Notes under the pieces: model-generated | What the model was told of the DNA's origin: nothing | The model's database searches: none | What the model saw: only the letters and a program-made list of their open reading frames with translations | In this document: positions 49,187 through 57,695 of the stretch, in pieces | Layout: each line of letters begins with the position of its first letter | How positions within the stretch are numbered: position 1 is the stretch's first letter | DNA from: an uncultured Chitinophagaceae bacterium | GTDB taxonomy: Bacteria; Bacteroidota; Ignavibacteria; Kapaibacteriales; UBA961 | Assembly: GCA_964527785.1 (NCBI GenBank) | Contig: CAZGNO010000001.1 | Location: 24,845-88,844 of the forward strand | Direction: 5' to 3' | DNA: 64,000 nucleotides | Position numbers and translations under genes: made by a program

Positions 49187-50395
49187 GTGGCAGAAGACGA
49201 AAATAAACAACATCCACAGAGAAGGTACTATAATAAGCGTCGGTTTGATAACCGGCGTCCTGCTTCGTCACAAACCAACGATAATCAAGAGTCAGTGAAA
49301 CCTGATGACAGTATCGTTACCTCCCAAAAAACTCCAAGACAAAATCCTAAAAAAGAAGATTCGACAAGACAAAGTAATGCGCAAAAACCTTCTGCAAGTA
49401 TTTCTGCGCCACAAATACATAATCCACGTCCGAAACATACAGATAACAGACAGCATCACAATGTACCGGTGCACATTTCAGTTGTAATTCCATTGCTGAA
49501 CGAGGATGAGTCCTTGCCTGAATTGGTCGTTCTGCTCAAGGAAACACTCTCTGTGGTTGCTCATGATAAATATGAAGTTATTTTTATAGATGATGGCTCT
49601 ACCGATAATTCATTCGAAGTATTGAGGAAGATTCACCAAAAAGATAATCGCTTCAAAGCAATACGTTTCCGAAGAAATTATGGTAAATCAGCCGCGCTCG
49701 CTGTAGGGTTCGCCGAAGCAAAAGGTGATATTGTAATCACAATGGATGCAGATTTACAGGACGACCCTAAAGAAATACCTCACTTAATTGCCAAACTCAA
49801 TGAGGGGTATGATTTGGTATCTGGATGGAAAAAGAAACGATACGACCCTATTCATAAAACCATACCGTCACGTTTCTTTAATTATGTTACTTCTACTGTA
49901 AGCGGAATAAAACTCCACGATTTTAATTGCGGGTTAAAGGCGTATCGAAAAGAAGTGGTAAAAACACTCCAAGTCTATGGAGAAATGCACCGGTATTTAC
50001 CGGCTTTGTCACATTGGGACGGTTTTCGTGTTACTGAGATACCGGTAACCCACCACGCACGGAGATTTGGCAAATCAAAGTTTGGCTTTAGCAGGTTTTT
50101 CAAAGGATTTTTGGATTTGCTTACTGTTTTGTTTACAACTCGATATGTAAAGCGTCCATTGCATTTATTTGGGACAGTCGGTACATTACTTGCTTTGGTT
50201 GGTTTTGGTACGGATTTATACTTGACAATCGAATGGGCGTTAGGCAGAACATCACTCAGTAACCGCCCTCTTGCATTATTTGGTGTTGCGCTAATTATAG
50301 TTGGTGTACAGCTTATCAGTTTTGGTTTGATTGGTGAATTGTTGGTTAAGAATTTTCAAAAAAACGTCGAGTACAGTGTAAGGGAACGTCTCTGA
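49187..50395 (+). CDS. family-2 glycosyltransferase (polyprenyl-phosphate glycosyltransferase, ArnC/GtrB/DPM1-like) with possible ~95-aa N-terminal disordered extension
   Basis: GT2 core ISVVIPLLNE … FIDDGSTD … TMDADLQDD, plus two C-terminal TM helices. The ORF opens at GTG 49187, and an alternative GTG at 49469 would give a canonical N-terminus. Confidence 0.75.
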   Translation: MAEDENKQHPQRRYYNKRRFDNRRPASSQTNDNQESVKPDDSIVTSQKTPRQNPKKEDSTRQSNAQKPSASISAPQIHNPRPKHTDNRQHHNVPVHISVVIPLLNEDESLPELVVLLKETLSVVAHDKYEVIFIDDGSTDNSFEVLRKIHQKDNRFKAIRFRRNYGKSAALAVGFAEAKGDIVITMDADLQDDPKEIPHLIAKLNEGYDLVSGWKKKRYDPIHKTIPSRFFNYVTSTVSGIKLHDFNCGLKAYRKEVVKTLQVYGEMHRYLPALSHWDGFRVTEIPVTHHARRFGKSKFGFSRFFKGFLDLLTVLFTTRYVKRPLHLFGTVGTLLALVGFGTDLYLTIEWALGRTSLSNRPLALFGVALIIVGVQLISFGLIGELLVKNFQKNVEYSVRERL

Positions 50396-50555
50396 TGCTG
50401 TCTCGATATAGAGAGGTTAAGAATTAAAATTAATTTCATTTCTTGACTTTACTTGAAACAAAATAAGTGTTTGACGGTCAGTCTTTTTAAGGTTTAATAA
50501 AGAATATTATTGGTGTAGGCGAGAAATTCACCATCATTATTTCTGAAGGAAAATT

Positions 50556-51344
50556 ATGATAAAAGTAGTGATAATACTTGGAATTATTGTTGGAGTATGG
50601 GCTCAAACATCATCAGCTCAAACAGCCCAATCGCAACCGGCAAAAAAGGTTGTTATTCAACCGATAACAATTCCGTATACTTTTCCTGAAATTCATGTAG
50701 GGGTAGGGCTTACTACTTCATGGCTGAACGGTTCAAACCCGGCTGGCGGGACTATTTTCCCGAAAGATACTGTCAATACCATCGGCGGCGGCTTTATCGG
50801 TCAGCAACCGGGTATAGCGGTTCGTGGTATTTTCATTATGGATTCGGCAAGGCGTTTCCGTGTTACAGCAGGGTTAGATTACATTTGGTACACCGGACCT
50901 CAACGTTTGGAAGGAACAGGATACACATTTACAGCCCGTCACACAATTGATATGCCGACTGTAGTGCTTGGGTTTGAATATGCTTTTTTAAAATTACCAC
51001 TGGCAAATGCAAAAATATATGGCGGGGTTGAAGCACGTTATGCTTTTGTTTCCAATGGTACTTTCCGCCGCAAAGTTGTTTATAAGCTGATTGACAAAAT
51101 TCAAGATGATACATTCTCAACCAAAACCGATGTACAGCGGCTCGGTGCAGCTTTACGGTTAGGAATAGAAGGAGAACTTCTCGACCCTGTTTACGTTAAT
51201 ATTAGCGGATCTTATGGGGCAATCAATATTCTTGGTAGAGAAGACTCTCGTGGAGAATTACTGACACCGACAAATTTATCGGAGAAGCAAGAAAATATTT
51301 TGGGTAATATTTTCTTTACGATGATGGTACAATTTAGACTCTAG
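50556..51344 (+). CDS. hypothetical outer-membrane beta-barrel protein
   Basis: 262 aa with a signal peptide (…VWAQTSSAQT), alternating hydrophobic beta pattern and a C-terminal …MMVQFRL. Confidence 0.4.
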   Translation: MIKVVIILGIIVGVWAQTSSAQTAQSQPAKKVVIQPITIPYTFPEIHVGVGLTTSWLNGSNPAGGTIFPKDTVNTIGGGFIGQQPGIAVRGIFIMDSARRFRVTAGLDYIWYTGPQRLEGTGYTFTARHTIDMPTVVLGFEYAFLKLPLANAKIYGGVEARYAFVSNGTFRRKVVYKLIDKIQDDTFSTKTDVQRLGAALRLGIEGELLDPVYVNISGSYGAINILGREDSRGELLTPTNLSEKQENILGNIFFTMMVQFRL

Positions 51345-51422
51345 AAACACATTTTAGTACCACTGCTTTCTAAGCCGGTCGTTTTCTCAATATCGAATAC
51401 TTTTTGGAATTTTGCACCTGAA

Positions 51423-52496
51423 ATGACAGTTCATACCGATTGCACATATTTTCGCGGTGATATTCCGTGCCGTCCTCATAAACTGCATGGAGTTCATTGT
51501 GATAATTGCAAGTATTACCAACCGCTATCTAAAACAATTCTCATTATAAAGCTAGGTGCTGTGGGCGATGTTATTCGTACTACACCGCTTCTCCACCGCA
51601 TTCGTAAAGAGTATCCCGAAGCCGCGATATGGTGGCTGACCCTTACGCCGGAGGTAGTTCCATCAGTAGTGAATACAGTTCTTCGTTTCTCGACAGAGGC
51701 ACTTGTAATACTTCAAGCTATGAAATTTGATATGCTTATCAACCTTGATAAGGATAGGGAAGCGTGCGCACTTGCAAATCTAATCGAAGCTAAGGAAAAA
51801 AAGGGTTTTATTCTTTCAGGTAGCGGTAAACCAAAACCGGTAGATAATAATGCTGAACATAAATTTATTACCGGTATATTTGATGACATAAGCCAAGCTA
51901 ATACAAAATCTTATCTCGAAGAAATATATGAAATATGCGGGTGGGAATTTGATGGGGAAGAGTATATTTTGGATTCAACTGCTTATATCGGAGAGGTGAT
52001 TCCAAATAACGGAAAGAAAATCATTGGGCTTAATACAGGATGCGGTGACCGCTGGATTTCTCGTCTGTGGGAGTTCGCTCGATGGGAAGATCTCATTATG
52101 CGACTTAAGGAAAACGATTATTTTCCGATACTACTCGGCGGTAATCAGGAATATGAGAAAAATGTGGAATTATCAGAAAAAACCGGAGCATACTGCCCTG
52201 CTCCACGAAAACTTCCTGATTTTACAGCTTTGATGAGAGAGTGTGATGTGATTGTTACGGGGGTTACTATGGCATTACACCTCGGAATTGGTCTGCAAAA
52301 ACGTCTTGTCGTAATGAATAACATATTTAATTCTCATGAGTTTGAACTGTATGGTCGTGGTGAGATTATTCAGCCGACCCGTGAATGCAAATGTTATTTC
52401 AAGCAATCTTGTACTAATTCCGAATATAAGTGCATGGAACATCTTTCGGTTGAACAAATTCTTTCAGCTATTGAAAGGCAGATTTTGACTCTTTAA
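51423..52496 (+). CDS. family-9 glycosyltransferase (heptosyltransferase-like)
   Basis: 357 aa with ILIIKLGAVGDVIRTTPLL, a later GVTMALHLG and a C-terminal Cys cluster. An extra N-terminal C-x8-C-x9-C-x2-C segment is present. Confidence 0.65.
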   Translation: MTVHTDCTYFRGDIPCRPHKLHGVHCDNCKYYQPLSKTILIIKLGAVGDVIRTTPLLHRIRKEYPEAAIWWLTLTPEVVPSVVNTVLRFSTEALVILQAMKFDMLINLDKDREACALANLIEAKEKKGFILSGSGKPKPVDNNAEHKFITGIFDDISQANTKSYLEEIYEICGWEFDGEEYILDSTAYIGEVIPNNGKKIIGLNTGCGDRWISRLWEFARWEDLIMRLKENDYFPILLGGNQEYEKNVELSEKTGAYCPAPRKLPDFTALMRECDVIVTGVTMALHLGIGLQKRLVVMNNIFNSHEFELYGRGEIIQPTRECKCYFKQSCTNSEYKCMEHLSVEQILSAIERQILTL

Positions 52497-52518
52497 TACT
52501 ATTTTTCTTTTTTTCAAT

Positions 52519-52887
52519 ATGCATCTTCCTAAAAATATATCACGTCCACTTCCTCATTTGCTTCGTGTGGAATGGAATGACGGCTTTACATCAACAATAC
52601 CCCTAGAAAAGCTTCGAGACGAATGCCCGTGTGCCCTCTGCAAAGGTGAACAGATAATGGGACAGCCGGTTTCATTCGGAATCAAGATGTTTGCGCAGGG
52701 AATGAATGAATTGGATAAACTTGTTCCGGTAGGTAATTATGGAATTCAGGCGTTTTGGCGAGACGGGCACGATACCGGAATTTACCCTTGGCAATTGTTG
52801 CGCAGAATTACAGAACAACATCAGGTTATAGAACATATGTTTAACGCAGACAACGATGTATCGTTGAATGGTTTGGCAAACCATTAA
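52519..52887 (+). CDS. DUF971 (gamma-butyrobetaine hydroxylase-like N-terminal domain) protein
   Basis: 122 aa with VEWNDGFTS…LRDECPCALCKGE and FWRDGHDTGIYPW. Confidence 0.65.
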   Translation: MHLPKNISRPLPHLLRVEWNDGFTSTIPLEKLRDECPCALCKGEQIMGQPVSFGIKMFAQGMNELDKLVPVGNYGIQAFWRDGHDTGIYPWQLLRRITEQHQVIEHMFNADNDVSLNGLANH

Positions 52888-53041
52888 AAAGTACTTTTGT
52901 GTATATGAATGAAGTGTCCAAAATAATTTTATAGCAATTTTTTCAAAAAATTCTACCATTTTTGTAGTAAAGTAGCCAATCATATTTATTGTTCTTAGGC
53001 AGGAAATCTGCCCATTATTAATTTTCAGGAGTTAAACTATT

Positions 53042-53755
53042 ATGAAATTCAGCGCAATTGCTGTTTTCTGCTTGTACGTAATAGCGATGCAAGCGTGTTC
53101 GGAGGAAAAACCGAAAGAAGGAAAAACTACTATGCTTAAAACACAAAAAGACAAAGTGAGTTATAGTATCGGTGTGCAAATCGGTAAAAATTTGAGTGCA
53201 GGAAAATACGATGTTGATACCAAGGTTATGTCCGATGCAATCAAAGATGCATATACAGAAGGTACAAAACTTTTGTTGACCGATGAAGAAATGGGTCAAA
53301 TAATGCAACAATATCAAGCTGACTTGGCAGCTAAGCAAGAAGCAGAAGCCAAAAAAGCCGGAATGGAAAATCGTAAAAAAGGCGAGGAATTCCTTGCTGA
53401 AAACAAGAAAAAACCTGGTGTGGTAACTACTGCAAGCGGTCTGCAATATCTTGAACTCAAAGCAGGAACAGGTGCAACACCCAAAGCAGACCAAACGGTA
53501 ATTGCACATTATACAGGGACTCTGCTTAACGGTAAAAAATTCGACAGCTCGGTAGATAAAGGTCAGCCGCTGGAAATTCCGGTAAACCGTGTTATCCCGG
53601 GATGGACAGAAGCTCTACAGCTTATGAAAGTAGGAGCAAAATGGAGACTGTTTATTCCTACCGACCTTGCTTACGGTGACCGTCAAGCTCCGGGCGGAGC
53701 AATCGGACCCGGTGAAACATTGATATTTGAAATTGAGCTTATCGGTATTAAATAA
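53042..53755 (+). CDS. FKBP-type peptidyl-prolyl cis-trans isomerase (FkpA/Mip-like)
   Basis: 237 aa with a signal/lipoprotein leader (…IAMQAC), an N-terminal helical dimerisation domain and a C-terminal FKBP domain (HYTGTLLNGKKFDSS … IPGWTEAL … LIFEIELIGIK). Confidence 0.85.
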   Translation: MKFSAIAVFCLYVIAMQACSEEKPKEGKTTMLKTQKDKVSYSIGVQIGKNLSAGKYDVDTKVMSDAIKDAYTEGTKLLLTDEEMGQIMQQYQADLAAKQEAEAKKAGMENRKKGEEFLAENKKKPGVVTTASGLQYLELKAGTGATPKADQTVIAHYTGTLLNGKKFDSSVDKGQPLEIPVNRVIPGWTEALQLMKVGAKWRLFIPTDLAYGDRQAPGGAIGPGETLIFEIELIGIK

Positions 53756-53779
53756 GCAAAATATCTATATGTTGAAATT

Positions 53780-53813
53780 GAAAAGCCCTGCTGAAACAAC
53801 AGCAGGGCTTTTC
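53780..53813. terminator. bidirectional terminator between fkpA-like and rpiA
   Basis: Stem AGCCCTGCTG / CAGCAGGGCT flanked by AAAA and TTTT. Confidence 0.8.
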
Positions 53814-53839
53814 TCGTTTACAAAGTAGAGCAAAGGTTT

Positions 53840-54523
53840 TTATCGTTTGATGAATCGAAGTCCGTTCGCACCAGCAATGATAATTTCGTCGGCAATTCCA
53901 ACGAACAATCCATGCTCGACGATTCCTGCACGGGACTTCATAGCGGTAGCAATTATAGCGGGTGAATGCATTATTCCAAAATTACAATCCAATATCAGAT
54001 TCTTTTGGTCTGTAAGGAAGTGAGTGCCATCAGACATATATCGAACACTTACCGTAGCTCCCAGCGACTCAATGAATGCAGAGGTAGCACGCCATCCGAA
54101 GTGTAATACTTCGACAGGAACAGCCCATTTTTCACCCAAATATTCTGAATACTTCGTTTCATCGGCAATGTAGATACATTTTTTGCTTGTCTGTGCAACT
54201 ATTTTCTCACGAAGAAGTGCTCCTCCACCGCCCTTTATCATATTCATTTTGCTGTCAATCTCGTCTGCCCCGTCAATCGTTACATCTACGTTTGGATGCT
54301 CTTCGAGGGTCGTAAGCGGAATCCCGAGTTCAGTTGCTTGTTGTTTAGTTTGGAGAGAGCAGGGTATTCCAAGAATATTCGTAAGAGTTCCGTTATGCAT
54401 CAACGCAGCAATTTTTCTCATTGCGAAAATTGCTGTACTTCCGTGTCCAAGTCCTACAACCATACCGCTCGTAATCGAATCTACTGCCGCTTCTGCTGCC
54501 ATTTGTTTGAATTGTGAGATCAT
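53840..54523 (-). CDS. rpiA: ribose-5-phosphate isomerase A
   Basis: 227 aa with VGLGHGSTA, IDGADEID and KGGGGALLREK motifs. Confidence 0.9.
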   Translation of the reverse strand: MISQFKQMAAEAAVDSITSGMVVGLGHGSTAIFAMRKIAALMHNGTLTNILGIPCSLQTKQQATELGIPLTTLEEHPNVDVTIDGADEIDSKMNMIKGGGGALLREKIVAQTSKKCIYIADETKYSEYLGEKWAVPVEVLHFGWRATSAFIESLGATVSVRYMSDGTHFLTDQKNLILDCNFGIMHSPAIIATAMKSRAGIVEHGLFVGIADEIIIAGANGLRFIKR

Positions 54524-54868
54524 TTTCGATTTTGTGTTAGAGAGTATTCTATGATTTATACTGCAAAATTACATCAATACAGTAGAAAAACATCACAAAC
54601 ACAGACAGGTGAGATGAAAGTTCATGAATGAGTAGTAATTGAATTAAGCGCAGGGATAAAGCCAATTGGTATATTGGTAATCTCTGTCATATAGAGCGAA
54701 GCGAAGAATCTCCCTAAACGCATCCTTCTAACGGGTTTTCTTGTTCAAACAGAGATTCTTCAATCGAAGACTCCTTAAGAATGACGCTATTTGATTGTTA
54801 AGATTAATTTTATCGGCACTAAATTTACGAACATACAAAGTATGCTCAAAACAACTCAGTCAATGAGT

Positions 54869-55687
54869 TTAGGTAGTAACAGAAATATGAGAAATGGCTT
54901 CGGTTTGAGCATTTCTTGGTGTTTTACTCATGGTTGCCGTCAATCCCATGACAATAAATTGCTGCGCCTCCAAAGCAGAGCGCAGATGCGGGAAATTATC
55001 CATCAATCGCCGAACACTCTCTACGTGTTGGGTATGAAAGCCAATATGTAAACGCTTGTCCAGTTCTGCACCGGTTACAGCAATTTCTCCCATTGTTTTT
55101 GTATCCATTTTCAGTGAGAAATGGCGAAGATGGTTATTTGATTTATCGGCATTATCATACGTAAATTCAGCTACATCAAGATGCGGTTCGCTTGGAATAG
55201 GGAAGAATACCCGTAGTGGCAGTCCTGCTGCCAGTGCATGAAGATTAATGACAAGTTGGCGCTCCATAAGCATAACCATTTGCAATGCAGCAGCATTTGC
55301 AGGACTCATAACGGGATTCCCGTTTGTCATTGATATAAATTCTTGCAGCAATACAAATACCGACGCAGGGTTATTACTAATAGAAAAGAACTGTGCTCTT
55401 TCTGTCATCGGGGTTTGTGCGGATTGCATTTGACGCAACATCTCGAGGATAGGTACTGCTATATTCCCCGGTAAACGCTGAAATTCCCGATGTAAGTTTT
55501 CGAGTGCTTGTGAAAGCAACGATGAAGTGAGAACCGGTACAGCCAGTGATTTTGAAATAATGGTTTGTGCCGTGAGGAGTGCTTGCTGAGATTCCGAGGG
55601 GGTATGAGCGTGAACCGGTTGGGTTTCCACTACGGGTACGACAGCCGGAACAATATTGCGGGCTGATATGGGATGAATGTCAGGCAT
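54869..55687 (-). CDS. hypothetical protein with FliK-like (hook-length-control type) C-terminal region
   Basis: 272 aa with no signal peptide and a Q/A/P/L-rich N-terminal half. The C-terminal segment FSLKMDTKTMGEIAVTGAELDKRLHIGFHTQHVESVRRLMDNFPHLRSALEAQQF fits the L.P..LG.v.V.l…l.v.F…..L…L…L pattern by eye only. Confidence 0.3.
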   Translation of the reverse strand: MPDIHPISARNIVPAVVPVVETQPVHAHTPSESQQALLTAQTIISKSLAVPVLTSSLLSQALENLHREFQRLPGNIAVPILEMLRQMQSAQTPMTERAQFFSISNNPASVFVLLQEFISMTNGNPVMSPANAAALQMVMLMERQLVINLHALAAGLPLRVFFPIPSEPHLDVAEFTYDNADKSNNHLRHFSLKMDTKTMGEIAVTGAELDKRLHIGFHTQHVESVRRLMDNFPHLRSALEAQQFIVMGLTATMSKTPRNAQTEAISHISVTT

Positions 55688-55850
55688 AATAATCTCAGCA
55701 AGTTATACTTGTTTTTTTGAGGCATTATCGGACAGTTTGTCAAAAGAAGAAGCACTAAACGTAAATCAACGTAAGATTTTTTAGAAAGTGCGGATTGGAA
55801 ATGCTAAGTTGTGATAAAATAGTTCGTAAAGTCAATTTCTATATTTTTGA

Positions 55851-56285
55851 CTAGGACTGCAACTTGGAATTTAACCTATTTTCAATCAAACGGTCTAGCG
55901 AAAATTTGCCACTACCCAAAACTAAGATAACTATATACATAAGCAGAAAGAGAAAAGCCATTTCTTTTTTACCGAACGGGTCATTTGCGTGGGCAATAAA
56001 ACCGGCTACACTCATATTGATGATAAGTGGAATTACGAATACTCTTGAGGCAAAACCAAGTATTAGAAAACTTGCACAAAAAAATTCTGCAAAAACTACC
56101 AACACTAATGATGGGAATACTCCAATGCCAATAGGGTCAGCAAATTGTATTGGCGCATCCGAAAAAAAATTCATCAGTTTCGGAACACCGTGTGTGAGCA
56201 TAAAACTACCCACCCAAACCCTCATTATCAATATGACTGCGTCAACCAATCGGTCGTTTCGTATTGTCGAAAATAGTGCTTTCAT
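55851..56285 (-). CDS. DoxX-family membrane protein
   Basis: 144 aa with four TM helices and an N-terminal …LIMRVWVGSFMLTHGVPKL typical of DoxX. Confidence 0.7.
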   Translation of the reverse strand: MKALFSTIRNDRLVDAVILIMRVWVGSFMLTHGVPKLMNFFSDAPIQFADPIGIGVFPSLVLVVFAEFFCASFLILGFASRVFVIPLIINMSVAGFIAHANDPFGKKEMAFLFLLMYIVILVLGSGKFSLDRLIENRLNSKLQS

Positions 56286-56452
56286 GGCGTTAAACCCTTA
56301 TTGTGACAAATATGATATACGCCGTTTATATTATTTTTAGCTGTAATAAAAAACGTTCAAAAACTAAAAATATTTTGCTGATTTATTTTTAGCATAAGTT
56401 AATCAAATTTATATCATTATAAGCATTTACATCATTATAAGCGATATATCGT

Positions 56453-56488
56453 AAAAAAAACCGCATTACGAGCCGAAGCGTAATGCAG
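56453..56488 (-). terminator. minus-strand hairpin terminator (second of two after the GIN-domain gene)
   Basis: Stem GCATTACG / CGTAATGC. The A8 tract on the + strand gives a U-run on the minus-strand transcript. Confidence 0.5.
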
Positions 56489-56604
56489 TATTTGTGGCAG
56501 TGGTATTTTTTCTCATCTTGCCGATTGTTATAGGTCGGGTATGATGGAGTTGGTTATATCACATATCCCAAAGTATAATTTATGTGATAATTACTTTCCC
56601 TTTG

Positions 56605-56644
56605 AAAAGTTCGGACAGGAGCCGAAACCTGTCCGAACTTTTTG
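56605..56644. terminator. bidirectional hairpin terminator
   Basis: 12-bp stem AGTTCGGACAGG / CCTGTCCGAACT flanked by AAAA and TTTTT, 16 nt downstream of the minus-strand stop at 56660. Confidence 0.75.
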
Positions 56645-56659
56645 GTGTTTCAAAGGGTT

Positions 56660-57391
56660 TTAATTTTTGCTCGTAAGTTTTCCGTTGCCGGATATGTCTT
56701 TGCTCAAAGTTTCCGGTTTTCCTTTATAGCTTACGGTTCCATTTCCTGTAATTCGTACATCTAATTGATTCTCGCTGCAGACCTCGCAGTTGCCCGCACC
56801 TGCTACATTTAGTTTTGTGTTAATTGCTTTTAATTTGTAGGCATACACATCACCACTGCCAATAGATTCAATTGTATGCGAGATAGCATCACCGGCAAGA
56901 GTTATCTTTCCATTACCTACAATCTGTGTATAAATATTTTCTGCATGGAGTTCGTCAATCGTAATCTCGCCATTTCCGGTTACAATGAATTTGATAGCAT
57001 CGGCGCTAATGGTTGAAGGAGCTACAATTTTTCCGTTCCCTGCAAGAGTTATTTCATCAATATTCTTTGTCGCAACAAAGATATTAATGGTTTTTGTAGG
57101 ATTAAGGCATTTCGGAACGGATATTTTGAGGGTACCGTTCTCAATTTTCGTCTCAATGATATTTTGGAGATTATCATCGGCTTGAATATGAACGCTTTGA
57201 GTCATATCTTGGGAGAGAATTACTGTTGCGTCAGTTTCAACGATAATTTTATTGAACGACGTAACGGAATGGTTTTCCCCGATAACATTACCGGAACCGT
57301 CAAGGCATTCGCCTGCAAAAGCTGTTGTGCTTGCGATAATGCCTATAATTGCTGCAGCTACTGTGAGCTTGGAGAGGAGGTTTGTTTTCAT
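56660..57391 (-). CDS. GIN-domain (DUF2807, autotransporter-adhesin-head-like) secreted protein
   Basis: 243 aa with a signal peptide and repeated GNGKI / GSGDV / GAGNC / GNGTV beta-helix-like units. Confidence 0.6.
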   Translation of the reverse strand: MKTNLLSKLTVAAAIIGIIASTTAFAGECLDGSGNVIGENHSVTSFNKIIVETDATVILSQDMTQSVHIQADDNLQNIIETKIENGTLKISVPKCLNPTKTINIFVATKNIDEITLAGNGKIVAPSTISADAIKFIVTGNGEITIDELHAENIYTQIVGNGKITLAGDAISHTIESIGSGDVYAYKLKAINTKLNVAGAGNCEVCSENQLDVRITGNGTVSYKGKPETLSKDISGNGKLTSKN

Positions 57392-57695
57392 ACTATGTGT
57401 AATTATTAATAAAATAAAATTGATAACTAACTAAAAGCAAAAAGCTATTCAGTCGTATCGTTAAAGCAATTACGCTAGAAAATTCTATAGGTTTCGTCAT
57501 GTTTCATAAATTTTGAATATTTAACAGATTTTTACATTTCGTTCGTCAGAGATGATGCGCAGTATTATAGATTCACATATTTAAGTGTGTGGTATTCTCG
57601 CTATACTGTAGCAACTTGTTTCTTTTCAATATTCTTACAAGGGGATAGTAAGAGTAAACATACCAAAACAACAGTTCAATATTACAATCTCAACT

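Noticed and set aside
53018-53509. 163-aa minus-strand ORF rich in Cys and Phe
   Set aside because: It is entirely antisense to the well-supported FKBP-type PPIase gene. The low-complexity composition is typical of the reverse frame of a Lys/Glu/Ala-rich coding region.
56413-56442. 12-nt direct repeat ATCATTATAAGC x2 (18-nt register) in the DoxX/GIN-domain intergenic region
   Set aside because: It is short and AT-rich in an AT-rich spacer, so chance or a trivial promoter-region repeat is plausible. It has no supporting context.
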